DNA of 64,000 nt from Octopus sinensis (lineage: Eukaryota): assembly GCF_006345805.1 (NCBI RefSeq), contig NC_042997.1, positions 40,362,001-40,426,000 of the forward strand. The letters are read 5' to 3'. Under the pieces are notes generated by a model. It worked only from the letters and a program-made list of their open reading frames with translations, had not been told where the DNA came from and ran no database searches. How positions within the stretch are numbered: the first letter of the stretch is position 1; the number at the start of each line of letters is the position of its first letter. Positions 11,649-24,294 of this stretch are shown piece after piece. The translations under genes and the position numbers were made by a program.

Positions 11649-12270
11649 TCAAATTTATAATTTTATGACTTACTTAAGCAGAAAAATGACGTCTTATATA
11701 TTTAAAGTTATTTTTCACAATGTCTCAGTATTTTCAGTCATTAAAAACTATGTATTGACTCCAGAAATTCCATGGAGATTTTTTTCTATATCGTTGTACA
11801 AAGTAATACTCCTCTTCGAGGTAAATTGAACAGAATTATGTGAAACATCAAAAAATAATTTTCTGTTGAATATAACAGTAGTTATTATGTGTACATTAAC
11901 ATTACAGGTGAATATTGTAGAACATTTTTTAATCAGTATAATGAAGTTGTTCCCAGAACCGTGGAAGAGTAATTTTGAAATTATGATCAGTAACCAAATA
12001 ACAAAATAAATAAATAAATAATAAATAAATAAATAAATAGATAAATAAAGGAAGAAGCTAAGAAATGAACAATAAGATTATTTGCAACATCGCGATAAGT
12101 GAATTGTGTTAGAAGACAAATCATATTAGGGATGTTATGACATAATATATAGGCGACGTCATTTGTTCTGCGCATGTACACACACACAAATACCACAAAT
12201 ATGTGGTGGATGTATGCATGTTTATGTATGTGCATATATGCATGTATCCATGTATGCACTATATACTTAT

Positions 12271-12303
<33 letters not shown>

Positions 12304-12347
12304 GATTTTCACAAAAACACAAGCGTGTGTTTTTAAAGCCCTTTTTA

Positions 12348-12520
12348 AAACGTTTTTCCTCTGAATAGCTTCACTAAATCTTTTGAGTGTCTCAGTGCGC
12401 CTCTCCGCTATGCGCTGTATAGCCACGGCCCAGAAAATCAAGGAGAATTATTCTCTTGCCATTCCATAAAAGAGTCTACATGATTTTCTCTTCCAATCGC
12501 TGACTCTCGATCCTTTTTTT
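12348..12520 (-). mobile_element. mariner transposase fragment
   Basis: Minus strand KKRIESQRLEEKIM*TLLWNGKRIILLDFLGRGYT.../ETLKRFSEAIQRKN matches the mariner block KVMATVFWDxxGIILIDFLxxGxTINxxxYxxxLxxLxxAIxxKR. Confidence 0.75.
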
Positions 12521-12636
12521 CTGTAACTCTGTAAGCAAACAATACAGGTTAATTTGTTCCGTAATATTGTCTAAGTTTAAACCTTCTTTGGTTATCTATT
12601 ACAAATTATCAGTTTCTAAGCAGGAAAACTCTCTTC

Positions 12637-12812
12637 AACCTGTTAGAAATAAAAGCCAAATATCTGTGAAATATCGCTCGGCCATCTTAAAATTGTATGA
12701 TCATAGTGTATAAAGCAGCCTGAAACTAGACGAGATGGTCACAGCGGAACGCTTTTAATCAAAGTAGTTTTCGATTAGAATTCGTTGCTCTGAGGCTAAA
12801 CAACAACAAAAA
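12637..12812 (+). mobile_element. Old dispersed repeat ending in ctaaacaacaac (short retroposon-like)
   Basis: ttagaaataaaagccaaatatc...gatggtcacagcggaa...ggctaaacaacaac. Similar eroded copies near 23250-23620(-), 30755-30935, 49885-50030, 60930-61085(-), 61485-61685(-). Confidence 0.55.
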
Positions 12813-13517
12813 GATAATGAAAATACACAGATCGGAATGTTATTGCTTCGAAACATGGAACTTGACAAATATAGCTGTTATTAAAATGGCCGAGTGAATG
12901 GGTTAACAATTTCCTAAAGCTTTTTGTCTGATTACACTGCAGGAAGTTGCTAAATGATTGGACAGTAAATTTTATTGAGTGCACTTCAACTAACACAGCT
13001 GTTTATCTGCAGAGATTAGCATCATAATCAATGATAAATTCATTCGTGTGTCCCCTCTGCTATGCTTTAAAATCAGAGTTAACCATCGATTCTTATGAAC
13101 CCCACGGAGCTTTAGAGACAGTTTTTACAGTTTTACAAGTGAAACAAAGAACCTGAATCTAGTTCAGACGACACAGTGCATGCACATGAATCTTGCAGCA
13201 CAAAATCAATATTATAAATAAAGAAAATAAACTATGTTGAGATGTCTATTGTTATATGAGATGGGCTTACATTGTGCTGAACCGTTCAAATGATTAGGAA
13301 AATACAAGTTTTATGATATAGCTTTGCGAATTAGTTTTATTTTACTTATTCTTTCTCTTTCAATAAATTTCATTTATTGTCAAAATATTATAATACAGAA
13401 ATATCTCTACAGACATCTTTGTACACACACAATAAATGACATATTTCACTTATTCTCTCTTAAATTATTCCTTCCAGACAAACCGCTTGATTTCTCTCCA
13501 CATACTGAAATACATGC

Positions 13518-13689
13518 ATATATGTATGTGTATGTGTGTGTGTGTGTGAGAGAGAGAGATAGAGAGAGAGGGAGAGTGTGCGTGTGTGTGTGAGTGTGTG
13601 TGAGTGAGTGAGTGTGTATATGTGAGCGTGTATGTGTGAGTGTATACGTGTTGCGAGTGTATGTGTGTATATGTGCGCGCACGTGTGTA

Positions 13690-13720
<31 letters not shown>
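13518..13720. repeat. Compound (TG)/(GA)/(CA) microsatellite
   Basis: Direct reading. Confidence 0.95.
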
Positions 13721-13721
<1 letters not shown>

Positions 13722-13770
13722 TATACTCTTTATTGTTAAAGCTGCAAAAACATAACAAAAAAATTACAAA

Positions 13771-13812
13771 AACTGCTACTCAGAGTTTCATGTTCCCGTT
13801 CGTCGGACAGTT
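13771..13812 (-). ncRNA. Type I hammerhead-like motif, U4C core (family of 35594/35921)
   Basis: Minus strand: aactgt CCGACGA ACG ggaa CAT GAAA CTC t GAG TA gcagtt. Confidence 0.65.
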
Positions 13813-14414
13813 GTGATTAAGAAGTACCAAACTGAGAAGGCTCCGCATTCACTGTATATCCCGAATCAGACGCGCTCGGCTTCCATGTGTTTTATCCAAT
13901 GAGAGGCCAGTTCTCTGAGATAACAATTAGATGACACAGACGAGGCGAAAGTGACTACAACGTGAACAGGAGTTTCTAGCTATTAAACAATACGCGTGCT
14001 CTAAGTATGTGGTATTGATAATGCTTACATTATAGAGATACTAATATTGCATAATCTGAATTTATTCTACTTGTGCAGCACCACAGCAAATCTAAACAGT
14101 TTTTACAATATATGTGTATACGTCATGCTAAAGATTTCGATTTCGTCTCGGAAGTGACTCGAGTGCATGGAACTGGTAGGCTTCATTGGTATCTGTCACT
14201 CTGCTCATCGTTCTGCGGGTTTTCTTGTCGACTACATTTCTAAAGGGATTTTTCCAGGACGATAAACATACGTCAAATGTATAGTATTGGATATATATAC
14301 GGTCGTACATAATTCATATATATATATATATAATTATGCGCGGTCGAATTTGTACGTATATATTAATACTTGGAAATGGATGCGTCGCGTTCAATTAAAT
14401 GATAAATAAAAAAT

Positions 14415-14456
14415 TATATATATATATATACATATACACACACACACACATATATA

Positions 14457-14524
<68 letters not shown>

Positions 14525-14550
14525 CATATATATACACACACACATGCATA
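14415..14550. repeat. (TA)n/(CA)n microsatellite
   Basis: Direct reading. Confidence 0.95.
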
Positions 14551-14552
14551 TA

Positions 14553-14800
14553 TGGGTACAGGACGTCACCAACGGTGCAATAACGTGAAATACGTAAACA
14601 TGAGATAAAAATGGAAAGCAAGACAAGTTAACACAGAGCAAGAACCCTTCAACAGTTGTCGGCTGTCCTATCTACCCCTCATTTCGAGCATACTACGACA
14701 ATATGAGCCTTCAAAGACAGTTGCTTCCATAAATTCTAAAATAAAATTTAGGATTTATGGATCGTCAAAGTTGGGAACAAAAAATGACAGTGGAGACATA
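14553..14800 (-). mobile_element. PLE-terminus-like repeat (reverse-complement homolog of 29745-30012)
   Basis: gggtacaggacgtcaccaac...caaagttgggaacaaaaa aligns with the 29.8 kb copy. Confidence 0.75.
14644..14720 (-). ncRNA. Non-circularly permuted hammerhead candidate (copy C, A6U core)
   Basis: Minus strand: ctgtct..gaagg ctcATA ttgtcg tagtat GCTC GAAA tgag gggtagata ggacag c cgacaa CTGTTGA A GGGT. Confidence 0.65.
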
Positions 14801-14828
14801 GACACACACACACGCTCATGCATACACA

Positions 14829-14940
14829 TTGGTCGGCTCGAGGCTATAGTAGAAGACTCTTGCCCAAGATGCCACGCAGTGAGACTGAACCCGGAACCAT
14901 GTGGTTGGGAAGCAAACATCTTGCCACATAGCGACGCCTG
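14829..14940 (-). mobile_element. SINE 5' half (CORE-like family)
   Basis: gaggctatagtagaagactcttgcccaagatgccacgcagtgagactgaacccgg. Confidence 0.85.
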
Positions 14941-15899
14941 ACATATCAGGTCATCCCACCTAATACAACAATCAATGCTCAAGTCTACTGAGTGAGCTGC
15001 TTCCTTTTCAAACTGATTTGATCTACATATATATGCATATAAAAATAGCAATATGTATACTTACTTTTTAAGCAAATAAATGATACAAGCTTATTTTATT
15101 TTGTTAAATTTTAGTTATATAAATTGAACTAAAAATGGACAGCCCACTCATTTTGGGTGAATTTAAGTCATTTTAGACTGTTTAACTTTACCTTTCTGCC
15201 CAATTAATTTATGTTGTATGTATATTATTACTGAAACTTTATTACTACTTTCTAATTTTAGTTATATTTTAAAATTATTATTTTAATTATAATGATCTAA
15301 TTTTTTTGATAACAATAATATTGTGCTGCAACTTTCAAAACCGAAATAATAAATTGAAATAGTTAAAAGATTTAAAGGAATTAATTATAATATAGAAGAA
15401 ATAAAAAATAATAAATATTTTTGACACTGTTAATAATTAGCAATTAAAAATCTTTTTCCTGTTTGATAATTTCTATACATTATTGCAATTCTTAATCTTT
15501 GTTTGATCAAATGTTTTTGTCGTTTTGTTGTAATAGTAGTCAGTTACCATCTTTTTTCTGCTGTAAACTATTCATTAGTTTTGTATGTATTTAAGATTAC
15601 GATTATAAATGATTTTAAATTTTATAAAAAGTACAACAAAATGTGTTTTAGTAAATTTTTTAAGAAATACTTTTAAGAAATATTAGTAATATTTTTTTAA
15701 AGAAATACCTACTTGTTTCTTTCTTTTTAAAGTTTCATATTGGTTGATATTTTTTCAATAGAGCATTTTGTTGAATTCGTTTTTTGTTTTTCAAGAAATT
15801 TTTTTCCCATAAAATTTCTTCCTTTTTTAAGATTATATTTTTTAAGCATTAAATTTTCATCAAGAAAAAGCAAGTACCATTACCATCGTTAGCCCGTTA

Positions 15900-16034
15900 T
15901 CATACGGTTTGCACCCACATACCGCGGTGAGGTGATGGTTGGATTTAATAGCTTTCTTAGTTATTTTGCACACAGAGGGACAGACAAACCAACGGCAATG
16001 GATACAGAACCTCCTTCGTTGGCGGAGGTAATAA
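15900..16034 (+). mobile_element. Helentron/DINE-like non-autonomous element end
   Basis: gacagacaaac repeat followed by terminal palindrome acctccttcgttggcggaggt and aataat. Confidence 0.5.
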
Positions 16035-16618
16035 TTTATTATCATTGCAAGAAAAGAGAGAGGAAAACGAACGAATATGAAAATCGAAAAGTTGCTGACG
16101 TGTCAGTTTCAACCATTCCAATTTGACGTGAAACGCTCCTGTCTTGATTGGAAAAGGCTGAGCTGACTACGGTGTGTAGCGGGTCGCTACACGGCTTAAA
16201 AAATATTATCACTTGGCACTTATGGAAAAATGTTGGTGGGGTGGTGTATTTGCATGCATTCTTCCAAATATCGATCAAAATGGCAACTGTCTTGAATTTG
16301 TTAAAATATTTTTGTCTTGAAAAAATATGTATTATTATGTTTGAATGAAATTGCGAGTCATTTACAAAGATCTAAAAAAATTAATGAAAGTAAAAATTTA
16401 AATTTCGATTTTTCAAAAATCGCTGATTTTTCGCCATTCTATAAAAAATTTCATAAATGAAATAATTTTAAATGCAAATTCTAAAAGAAACAATATAATT
16501 TCGGAAAAAATACATTTAGTACTATTAAAAGTAAAAATCATCTGATATTTAATCCAATATAATTTTTTTTTTATTTAAAAGTTTTTTTAATTTGTGCTTA
16601 AAAGACATTCAAAAAACA

Positions 16619-16690
16619 TTTATGGTAGTGTCAGGGTTTCTGTGTTAGTTTTTATTTATGGTAGTGCCAGGGTTTCGATGTTAGTTTTTA
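16619..16690 (+). repeat. 36-bp tandem duplication
   Basis: tttatggtagtgtcagggtttctgtgttagttttta / tttatggtagtgccagggtttcgatgttagttttta. Confidence 0.9.
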
Positions 16691-16984
16691 TTATATTAAT
16701 ATTAATTATGACCTGCTGCGGGACGGGCCGCATTAACAACAATGAAAATCGATAGACCTCTCCCGTAACACAAAAGAGCATATTAGGTTTGGGCGGCTGA
16801 AAGATAGTCAGAAAATGACGACGACTGAAGAATGCAAACAAAATTTTAATTAATGAATTAAACATAAAATTTGAAAAATACAAATTATATATATTTGGAA
16901 TCCTTGTAATACAAGGAACATGTATAAATTTCGTTCTATTGGAATGGACTATTACATGAGTTAATTAATTCATATAAATAAATA

Positions 16985-17108
16985 ATAGGGCTCGGGCGCG
17001 CATTAGGCTTTTATAGACGAGCACGTCGTTCGAGTCTCTACATTTGTTGAGACTCGCACTCAGCTGTGCTCGTCTAATTTCTAACCGCCTAACCGCATAT
17101 GCCTAAAT
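16985..17108. repeat. GC-rich nested imperfect palindrome (MITE-like)
   Basis: tagacgagcac 17014-24 / gtgctcgtcta 17066-76; cgagtctc 17031-38 / gagactcg 17049-56; outer ttaggc/gcctaa. Confidence 0.7.
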
Positions 17109-17120
17109 ACAAACTTACAC

Positions 17121-17223
17121 ATGTATGTATGTATGTATGTATGTATGTATGTATGTATGTATGTATGTATGTATGTATGTATGTATGTATGTATGTATGT
17201 ATGTATGTATGTATCTATCTATC

Positions 17224-17254
<31 letters not shown>

Positions 17255-17257
17255 CTG

Positions 17258-17289
<32 letters not shown>

Positions 17290-17290
17290 C
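17121..17290. repeat. (ATGT)n-(ATCT)n-(TG)n microsatellite
   Basis: Direct reading. Confidence 0.95.
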
Positions 17291-18099
17291 ATATAAGATA
17301 ACCGAAATCAGTTCTAAAATCGACAATTATCAATAGTTTCCAAAAGAAACAGAAAATTAAGATGTCTGTGTTCACCAACAGATATATAGATACTTTATTT
17401 CCAATCTAAAAATGCTTTTCACTTTTAACCCAGACTTTGTTTATTTTCTGATAATTATTATGATAACTTAATAACACCAACTATTATGCGATCTCTCCAT
17501 ATTTATCTATGTGACAAGCATCACATTTCACTTGATTTTCCCCCCTGTCAGCCACTGGCATTTTCTGTTCTATGTAATAAATTGTTTGTTTATATTTGTT
17601 TGACTACTGTATAGATGTTTTAAAGAAACTATTGATTCGTATATATCATCCAATGTATTCCATTTTGTCTTTTAATTTAGTAGAGTTTAATCTGAAGTTC
17701 GGTTCCTATTTCTAGCAGGTTCGCTATCAGATACGCGCTTTCTTATTGGCTTCCCTCGTGTCCAAGTTATACCTAGTGAGCAGGATTTACACGCTCGTCT
17801 GGAAAGTTATGAAAACATTCGTTAGTTATTTCAGTGCTTTCAGGCTCATAGTTGTATCTATACACTTATTTGTGATATTTGCTTTAAGACTTATTGATTG
17901 AGCCAATAAATATCTTATTGCACTGGGTATGCCACAGCAGTATACTAGTGACGGATTAACAACATTTCTGTTAATCTTCTGTTTTATCCGGCTGAAACTC
18001 GAATTAGAATTAAAATCATTTGTTTTTTTGAGACGTGATTAGAAATAAGCTTACAGTGATATTTTATATTCTCATACTATAATATTTTATCCAATAATG

Positions 18100-18255
18100 T
18101 GAAGGTGTGTGGCTTAGTTGTTAAGGTACTATGCTCATGATCATATAAGTTCGTGAGTTCACTTCCTGGTTCGTGCTTCCCGCTGTGATCTTGAACATGG
18201 CATTTCATTTTATGTTGCTCCAGTCTACTCAGCTAAAAACGAGTGCTAGCCAAAT
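18100..18255 (+). mobile_element. Degenerate tRNA-derived SINE (V/CORE-like family)
   Basis: tggcttagttgttaag A box, gagttcacttcc B box, tttatgttgctccagtctactcagct. Confidence 0.7.
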
Positions 18256-18559
18256 GCTGGTGAAGCATAGTTTTCTACTGGACCAATGGTGGCAGGACCA
18301 AGTATTTATCTGTATCCTTGCGATAACGTAAGCATCAGTACCTAAAAATTTAACGAAAACATAAAAAATGTCATGAGGTCATTCTCGCTTACAGGTAATG
18401 GCTTTGCTTTAACTCTAAATTTGTAAAGGGAAAACTGACTTGTACATTGTTAACCGCAATTTTTATAAATGATGTAAAATACTTGCTACTTAGTTCGTTG
18501 ACAGACCAACATTAGTGCCATTACCTGATCACTTGTACTTTTCCCAGGGTTCCACTTTG

Positions 18560-19162
18560 TTGCAAATATTTGCCTGGGTCTCACAGTCATGGCGATTCAT
18601 AGGTGGCGGAGTCGGAGAAACTGCGATAGGGGAAGGCACTCCCCCTATCATTTATGGGTGGGATGGGAAGAAGAAAAGCAAGGTAGGTGTGAGGGACTGT
18701 GGGACTGTAGAAAACAGAAATCATGAAGGTGAGGGTAGGATGGTCGAAAGACACAGTAATGTCGAGTAAAGTTAGGGAAATATCGGAGAAGAAGGAGGTG
18801 AAATGGAAGGAAGAGTGAAAAGAGCTGACAACGGGGATGAAACAGCTTTGCTCTTCGCGGGAGAGAGTGCCAGCATTGAAATAATTATCAATGCAACGAT
18901 CGTCTAGATCTAATTTGGGACCAGGGAGATGGGAAAAGATTTGGGACTCAGCGTGGCCAACAAACAAGTTGGTGTAGTTGTGACACGTTCTCGTATACAA
19001 AGCTATTCTAATGTATTGCTCATAGATTTCGCTTGCGTAGGAGAAACAAATGTTCACGAGAATAAGTTCTGCTAGACAGAAGAGGTAAAAGGGGAGGCAA
19101 ATGGCAGTGTGGAGATCATGGGAGTGCTGGAAGGGATGGACGCAATTGTCGTAAGAAACGAT
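18560..19162 (-). mobile_element. Penelope-like element reverse transcriptase remnant
   Basis: ORF 18587-19213(-): NYTNLFVGHAESQIFS..GPKLDLDDRCIDNYF..SREE..FIPVVSSFH..FT..LLDITVS..SVFYSPTVPHTYL, then frameshifted FLRLRH. Matches PLE RT (YANLFVG, RYIDD, FLDI, YKPTDSHSYL, SQFLRLRR). Confidence 0.85.
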
Positions 19163-19164
19163 GA

Positions 19165-19204
<40 letters not shown>

Positions 19205-19394
19205 TTTGTGCATGGATTAGTATGTGCGTGGGTGTGTATGTGCATGTACATATGTATGTGTAAATGGAGGACAGTTTTTCTGATCCCCATGTTGATCAAA
19301 TCATAGTCTAAACAAATTCTAGCAATAATGCCTATAACAATTGCATTCCCCCCCCCCACAAGTACGTATGTATAAATAACCACTTGGATATATA

Positions 19395-19441
<47 letters not shown>

Positions 19442-20369
19442 CTTAACGTTGTGTAGTTACTACGTACTATAATGTTTATTGATTATCAAATCAATTTTTT
19501 CATGAAATATTAAACTTAGATGTTCAGTGATTTGAAATCAAATTTCCAAACCTCTTCGTTGAATCTAAATTTCCAATCTAAAACAAACTATTTTGGCACC
19601 ATAACACATTTAACACGTTTAATTTCAGCATACACCGAATGATCTGTTTTCATAGTTAATCAGCTTAGCTCTACATCCAACATTTTAGAATGTTAGAAAC
19701 AAGTAAGCCATTCATTCATCTAAATGTAACACATTTTCTTACCATTATATGCAGTCCAAGCCACATATAGAGAATCTAACTCCACATGCCTACATACGCT
19801 TGGGGAAAAATACAGATTTCTACGATAATGATCATACAAACTTAATGCATCAACAAAATATAAAATGAAAAAAAAATATACCAAGTATATACATTTAACT
19901 GCCTACTTCATTATCTCCACAACAGAATTATTTCATGTTAAACTGAAAGGATAATTGCAGAATTCAGGTATATTAAAATGAATCAAGATTTCTGGCATAA
20001 TCTTTTTTTTAGCATCAATTAGGACAGTTCTTATAGTACGCTGCATCGCTGTTTTTTAAGTATGAACACAACACATTTTTCTTTAAATTTTGTTTCTGTA
20101 GATACCAATGTAGAATCAATTTTATATCACATAGTACACTAAAACATGTAAATAGGAATGATAAAGCAAAACGCTAAACCTCATCACGCAGTTATTTTGT
20201 TCCTTATTTCATAGGATACCCTTCATTCTATTAAATCACCTGCAATGAAAGGATTTATTTATAAATACAGAGACAGATATCTAAAATAGGGAAAATATAT
20301 TTTGCTTTGATTTCAGGTGGGGTTTTTTTATTTAAAATTCATGATAATTATTTGTAATTTTGGTAAAAA

Positions 20370-20582
20370 GCTGGTAGTTTTGAGGACAGAGAAAGTCGAT
20401 TGCATCAACCCCAGCGCTCAATTCGTACATATTTTATGGAACCTGTACTAAACTGGTGCATTATTTATTGACATGTAAAGATGAAGGGCAAATTGGTCTC
20501 AGCGGATTTGAATGTAGAGCACAGAGATCCATAACTAAGGCATTCTGTGTGTCTCTTTACCGATTCGAACCATTTACCACCG
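20370..20582 (-). mobile_element. Degenerate Meta-domain-like SINE
   Basis: agtcgattgcatcaaccccag...aaagatgaagggcaaa...cggatttgaa. Confidence 0.6.
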
Positions 20583-22253
20583 TTTAAGTGGTTTTAACAG
20601 AATGTATCAAGTGAATTGATTTCAGCTAGGAAACAAAATAGGCGTCTCGAAATCAGATCACAAAAAGCCCATTCCTATTTTTAGCATTCACTATTGTGAG
20701 CTAGATTATATCTGGCTCTTTACTTACTCTCAGTCAAAAGACAGATAAATTAGTAGCTTATTGGTAATTATTTCTTCGATTCTAAAGATATTAGAGACCG
20801 GGTAGATGAGATTTGAACAGACAGCACACAAAAAACGCAACTGAATGACATAATGTATGTAGTCCGACTCTCAAATGTCTATAATGCTGATTTAATTTAG
20901 CACAATGTTAATTTCGGTACATCACGGATATAGTCAACTGAGCCGTCTCTGAAACACTTCGGGCATTTATTTGATCTATTCTTTAAGAGCAAAATGTATT
21001 TACTCCAGCGACAAAACTTGATACCGCAATGCAGGCGTTCGTACCGTCGTTTTGCAGGCATTAGATAAACATTTTAATAAAATAATATCCCAGGATATAA
21101 TTATTTACCGCAGCTAGGGAATCTTATTGCTTTTATAAAATCATTTCTTTTTCAAGATGAACGTTTATTTTATTGTAATTTATTGCTTTGATAGAATATC
21201 TATCAAATATAAAAACTCTCTCTTTTCTCCTTTAAATCCTTGGTAAAAGATTAAGTTTGATTTCTGACTTGAAGATTATAACGTTTTAAGTAATTAGAAA
21301 TGAAACAATTATTCTTTATATTTCTTATTACTGGTAGTTTCCTTTTGTCTATAATCTTTGGATTACTGTTGCATTGTGTGAATCATTTCAAGATTTTGCA
21401 TGTTCTGTCATCGTTTGAACAGAATTACTTCTAAGTTAAGCCACAGAACAATAAATAACAAAGAGCATTTTTATTTGAACAATGATGTAATAATGTTATT
21501 TAACTATAAATAATGAGGACGTGACTGCTTTCTTCTTATGAATTAATTAAATAAAATGCTAAAAACTATCTTATTAGTGTAACAGACTGACTTAAATGCC
21601 ACAAGATTTATTGTGAAACGTCTCGTAAAAGAAACGTAACCACCAAGGAAACGACTAAGACGTGATTAAGTCAACAAATAACAATAAATTATTTTGAAAG
21701 AACCACGTTAAAGACGATTAAGGGTTTGGAACTATTTATCGACGCATTTAATGGAAATGTCTGTTATGCTAGAACGGTATTATTATTACTGTAGAAATTG
21801 TTGACGTGCTTACTGCCGTCATCGCTGATAAAAATAATAATGAATAACTACAAGTAACAGCGTAATGCTCCGAAAGAATTCTGTCATCTGCAACAAGATT
21901 AACGACTGTAATAAAGCAATATAACGAATTCTGGAAATTTGAGAATTGTTCCTTCTATCACTGTTCTGGGTGGGAGAAGAAGAAGAAGAGGTAAAATTCT
22001 GCAAATAGCGCATAGTCAAATTATTTTAATTAGTTTGTAACTTAAGAAGAGACAATTCCGTGTTTTATAAATTTAAACATTTTGGAGAGTCAAAATCCAA
22101 GTCTTTCAATCTTTGTAAACATTTAAAAATACTCAGATAACAAGTTTAGCAAACCGATACACGTCGGAGACATAAGTGAGAACAATTCGAGGCAAAGAGC
22201 GATGAAAACGTTGTTTGTGATTAATGGAGTAGTAAAGCAACAACAACAACAAC

Positions 22254-22469
22254 AATCCTTTCTACTAAAGGCCCATGGCCTGAAATTTTGAGGGCGGGGA
22301 CTAGTCGATTACATCGACCCCAGTGTTTCACTGGTACTTAATTTATCGACTCCGAAATAATGAAAGGCAAAGACGACCTCGGTGGAATTTGAACTCAGAA
22401 CGTAAAGACGTTCGAAACGCCGCCAAGCATTTCGCTCGGCGTGCTAACGAATCTGCCAGCTCGCCGCCT
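22254..22469 (-). mobile_element. Full-length Meta-domain-like tRNA SINE in (CAA)n
   Basis: Minus strand: ggcggcgagctggcagattcgttagcacg...gagttcaaattcc...gtcgtctttgcctttcattatttcggagtcgataaattaagtaccag. (CAA)n on both sides. Confidence 0.9.
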
Positions 22470-22552
22470 AAACAACAACAACAATAACGTGTATGTATGC
22501 ATGTATGTGTGTGTGTGTGCGTGTGTGTGGCTTTTAGTGTGTGTGTCTGTGG

Positions 22553-22586
22553 CTTCAAATGTATTCTTCAAAGAATACATTTGAAG
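22553..22586. repeat. Perfect 16-bp inverted repeat, 2-nt spacer
   Basis: cttcaaatgtattctt ca aagaatacatttgaag. Confidence 0.95.
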
Positions 22587-24093
22587 AATGTGTTTGCTCT
22601 AAATTAACATGTCTTTAAATTCCTGCCTGTGTTTGCCAAGTGGTATTAGAGTACACAGCGAATAAAGAAAGAAAAAAGAAAGAAGAAAGAAAGAAAAGGA
22701 GAATAAGATAGCGTGTGCGAGAAAGAGAGAGAGAAGTAGGGGGGAGTCTGATATGTTAGATGTCCATCTTCATGTGATTTCTGACAAGTGCGTCGTCTCC
22801 AGTAATTCATCTTTAAATGTGCACTGAGGTTGATGTAATCGACTGGGCCCGCCTCCCACAAAATTTCGGGCCTTGTGCCTAGAGTAGAAGAGAATAAAAG
22901 TAGGATACGGTAGCATTTAATGTATTTTGAAAAGCTGAGTATTGCAAAGTAAGTATAGAGTTATTGGTAGTAATTGACAGTGGTTCATTGATAAAAAGGA
23001 TGCAGGAAGTTAGTAAGAAGACAACATTTTGTATTTGTGAATGGAGGGTAAACAGGGCAAAACCGACGTAATATGTTGGGATCTATAATAAAGCTTCAGT
23101 TTCGTTTATGGACGCATGGAGATGTGACGCGTTATGAAACAAACACAAGATGAACTAGAATATAAGACACAACTAAAACTGATCTATCACTTGTGTAAAG
23201 ATGTCATAGATAGCTGTGGTAGTTCTTGATGATGTTATTGATGTTGTTACTGTTGTTGTTGTTTAACTAAAAACCAACGATCCTCAGATGTAACCAAAAG
23301 CAGTGCAACAACAGTCACATCGTTTTGGGGGTTAGCAAGACTACACTCTAAGCTTCCCTTTCCCTCTTTAAGACGTAAGGTGCCATTTGAGAAATTATTG
23401 ATTGTTATTTCTAGCAAATCGAGTGACAACGTAGCGTCCTTTTTTTAATTCATATTTGTTTAAACTCTGATCAAAATCACTTATAATCAAATGTATTCCG
23501 ACCGTGACCATTTTGTTTTTTCTTAACGTGCAAGAAACTTAAGATTATATAATTTTCTGTCCTACGGTATGACGATAGGTGATGATTTGAAGAAAAGTCG
23601 ACTACTGTTTCGAGCAGAAAGGCCTGATCGATGGCTCGTCCCAGCGATAGCTTTATGCTATGATGAAATTAAAGTTTGTGGTGCTTCTCTTTTAATTCAG
23701 TATATAAATATTAACACACTAGAAGTAAACTGAAATAAATGAAAATATTTTGTCCATGTTGAAATGTGACAGAAAACTTTTATATTAATGAAGATGTTTT
23801 AAAAGTAACTTGGCAACACCGTCTTTTTTTTCTATGAACCAAGTAGAGAGGTTTCTCTGGAGTGGCACAAGTTCAGTCTTTTGAGGAGTGTTGATATAGC
23901 TTATTCAATTACTATATACCAATTAAAGCTGATAAAAACTAGATATGAGCCTAACATATAAGTATTTGAAATATTACAATATTTAGACACATTATAAATT
24001 TTTACATTAATTCGCCAGCATATTATTGGAACTTATTTTATCGGCTGTCAACTCCGAAAGGATTTGAACTTATAAAGAAAGACAACTGAAAAA

Positions 24094-24294
24094 TGATTTC
24101 AAATTTTGGTACGAGACCAGCACTTTCGGAGGAGGGAACAACTCGATTACATCGACCCCTAGAGCTGAATTGGTACTAATGTTATCGATCTCGGAAGGTA
24201 ACGTCGACCTCGGCAGAATTTGAACTCAAGGCATAAAGACAGACAAAATACCGCTTAGCATTTTGTCCGGCGTGTTAACGATTCTGCAAGCTCG
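24094..24294 (-). mobile_element. Meta-domain-like SINE
   Basis: Collinear with 22254-22469. Confidence 0.85.

Noticed and set aside
14130-14225. Minus-strand ACGATGA...agtgac/gtcact...GAAA motif
   Set aside because: Core has two mismatches and stems I and III cannot be formed convincingly.
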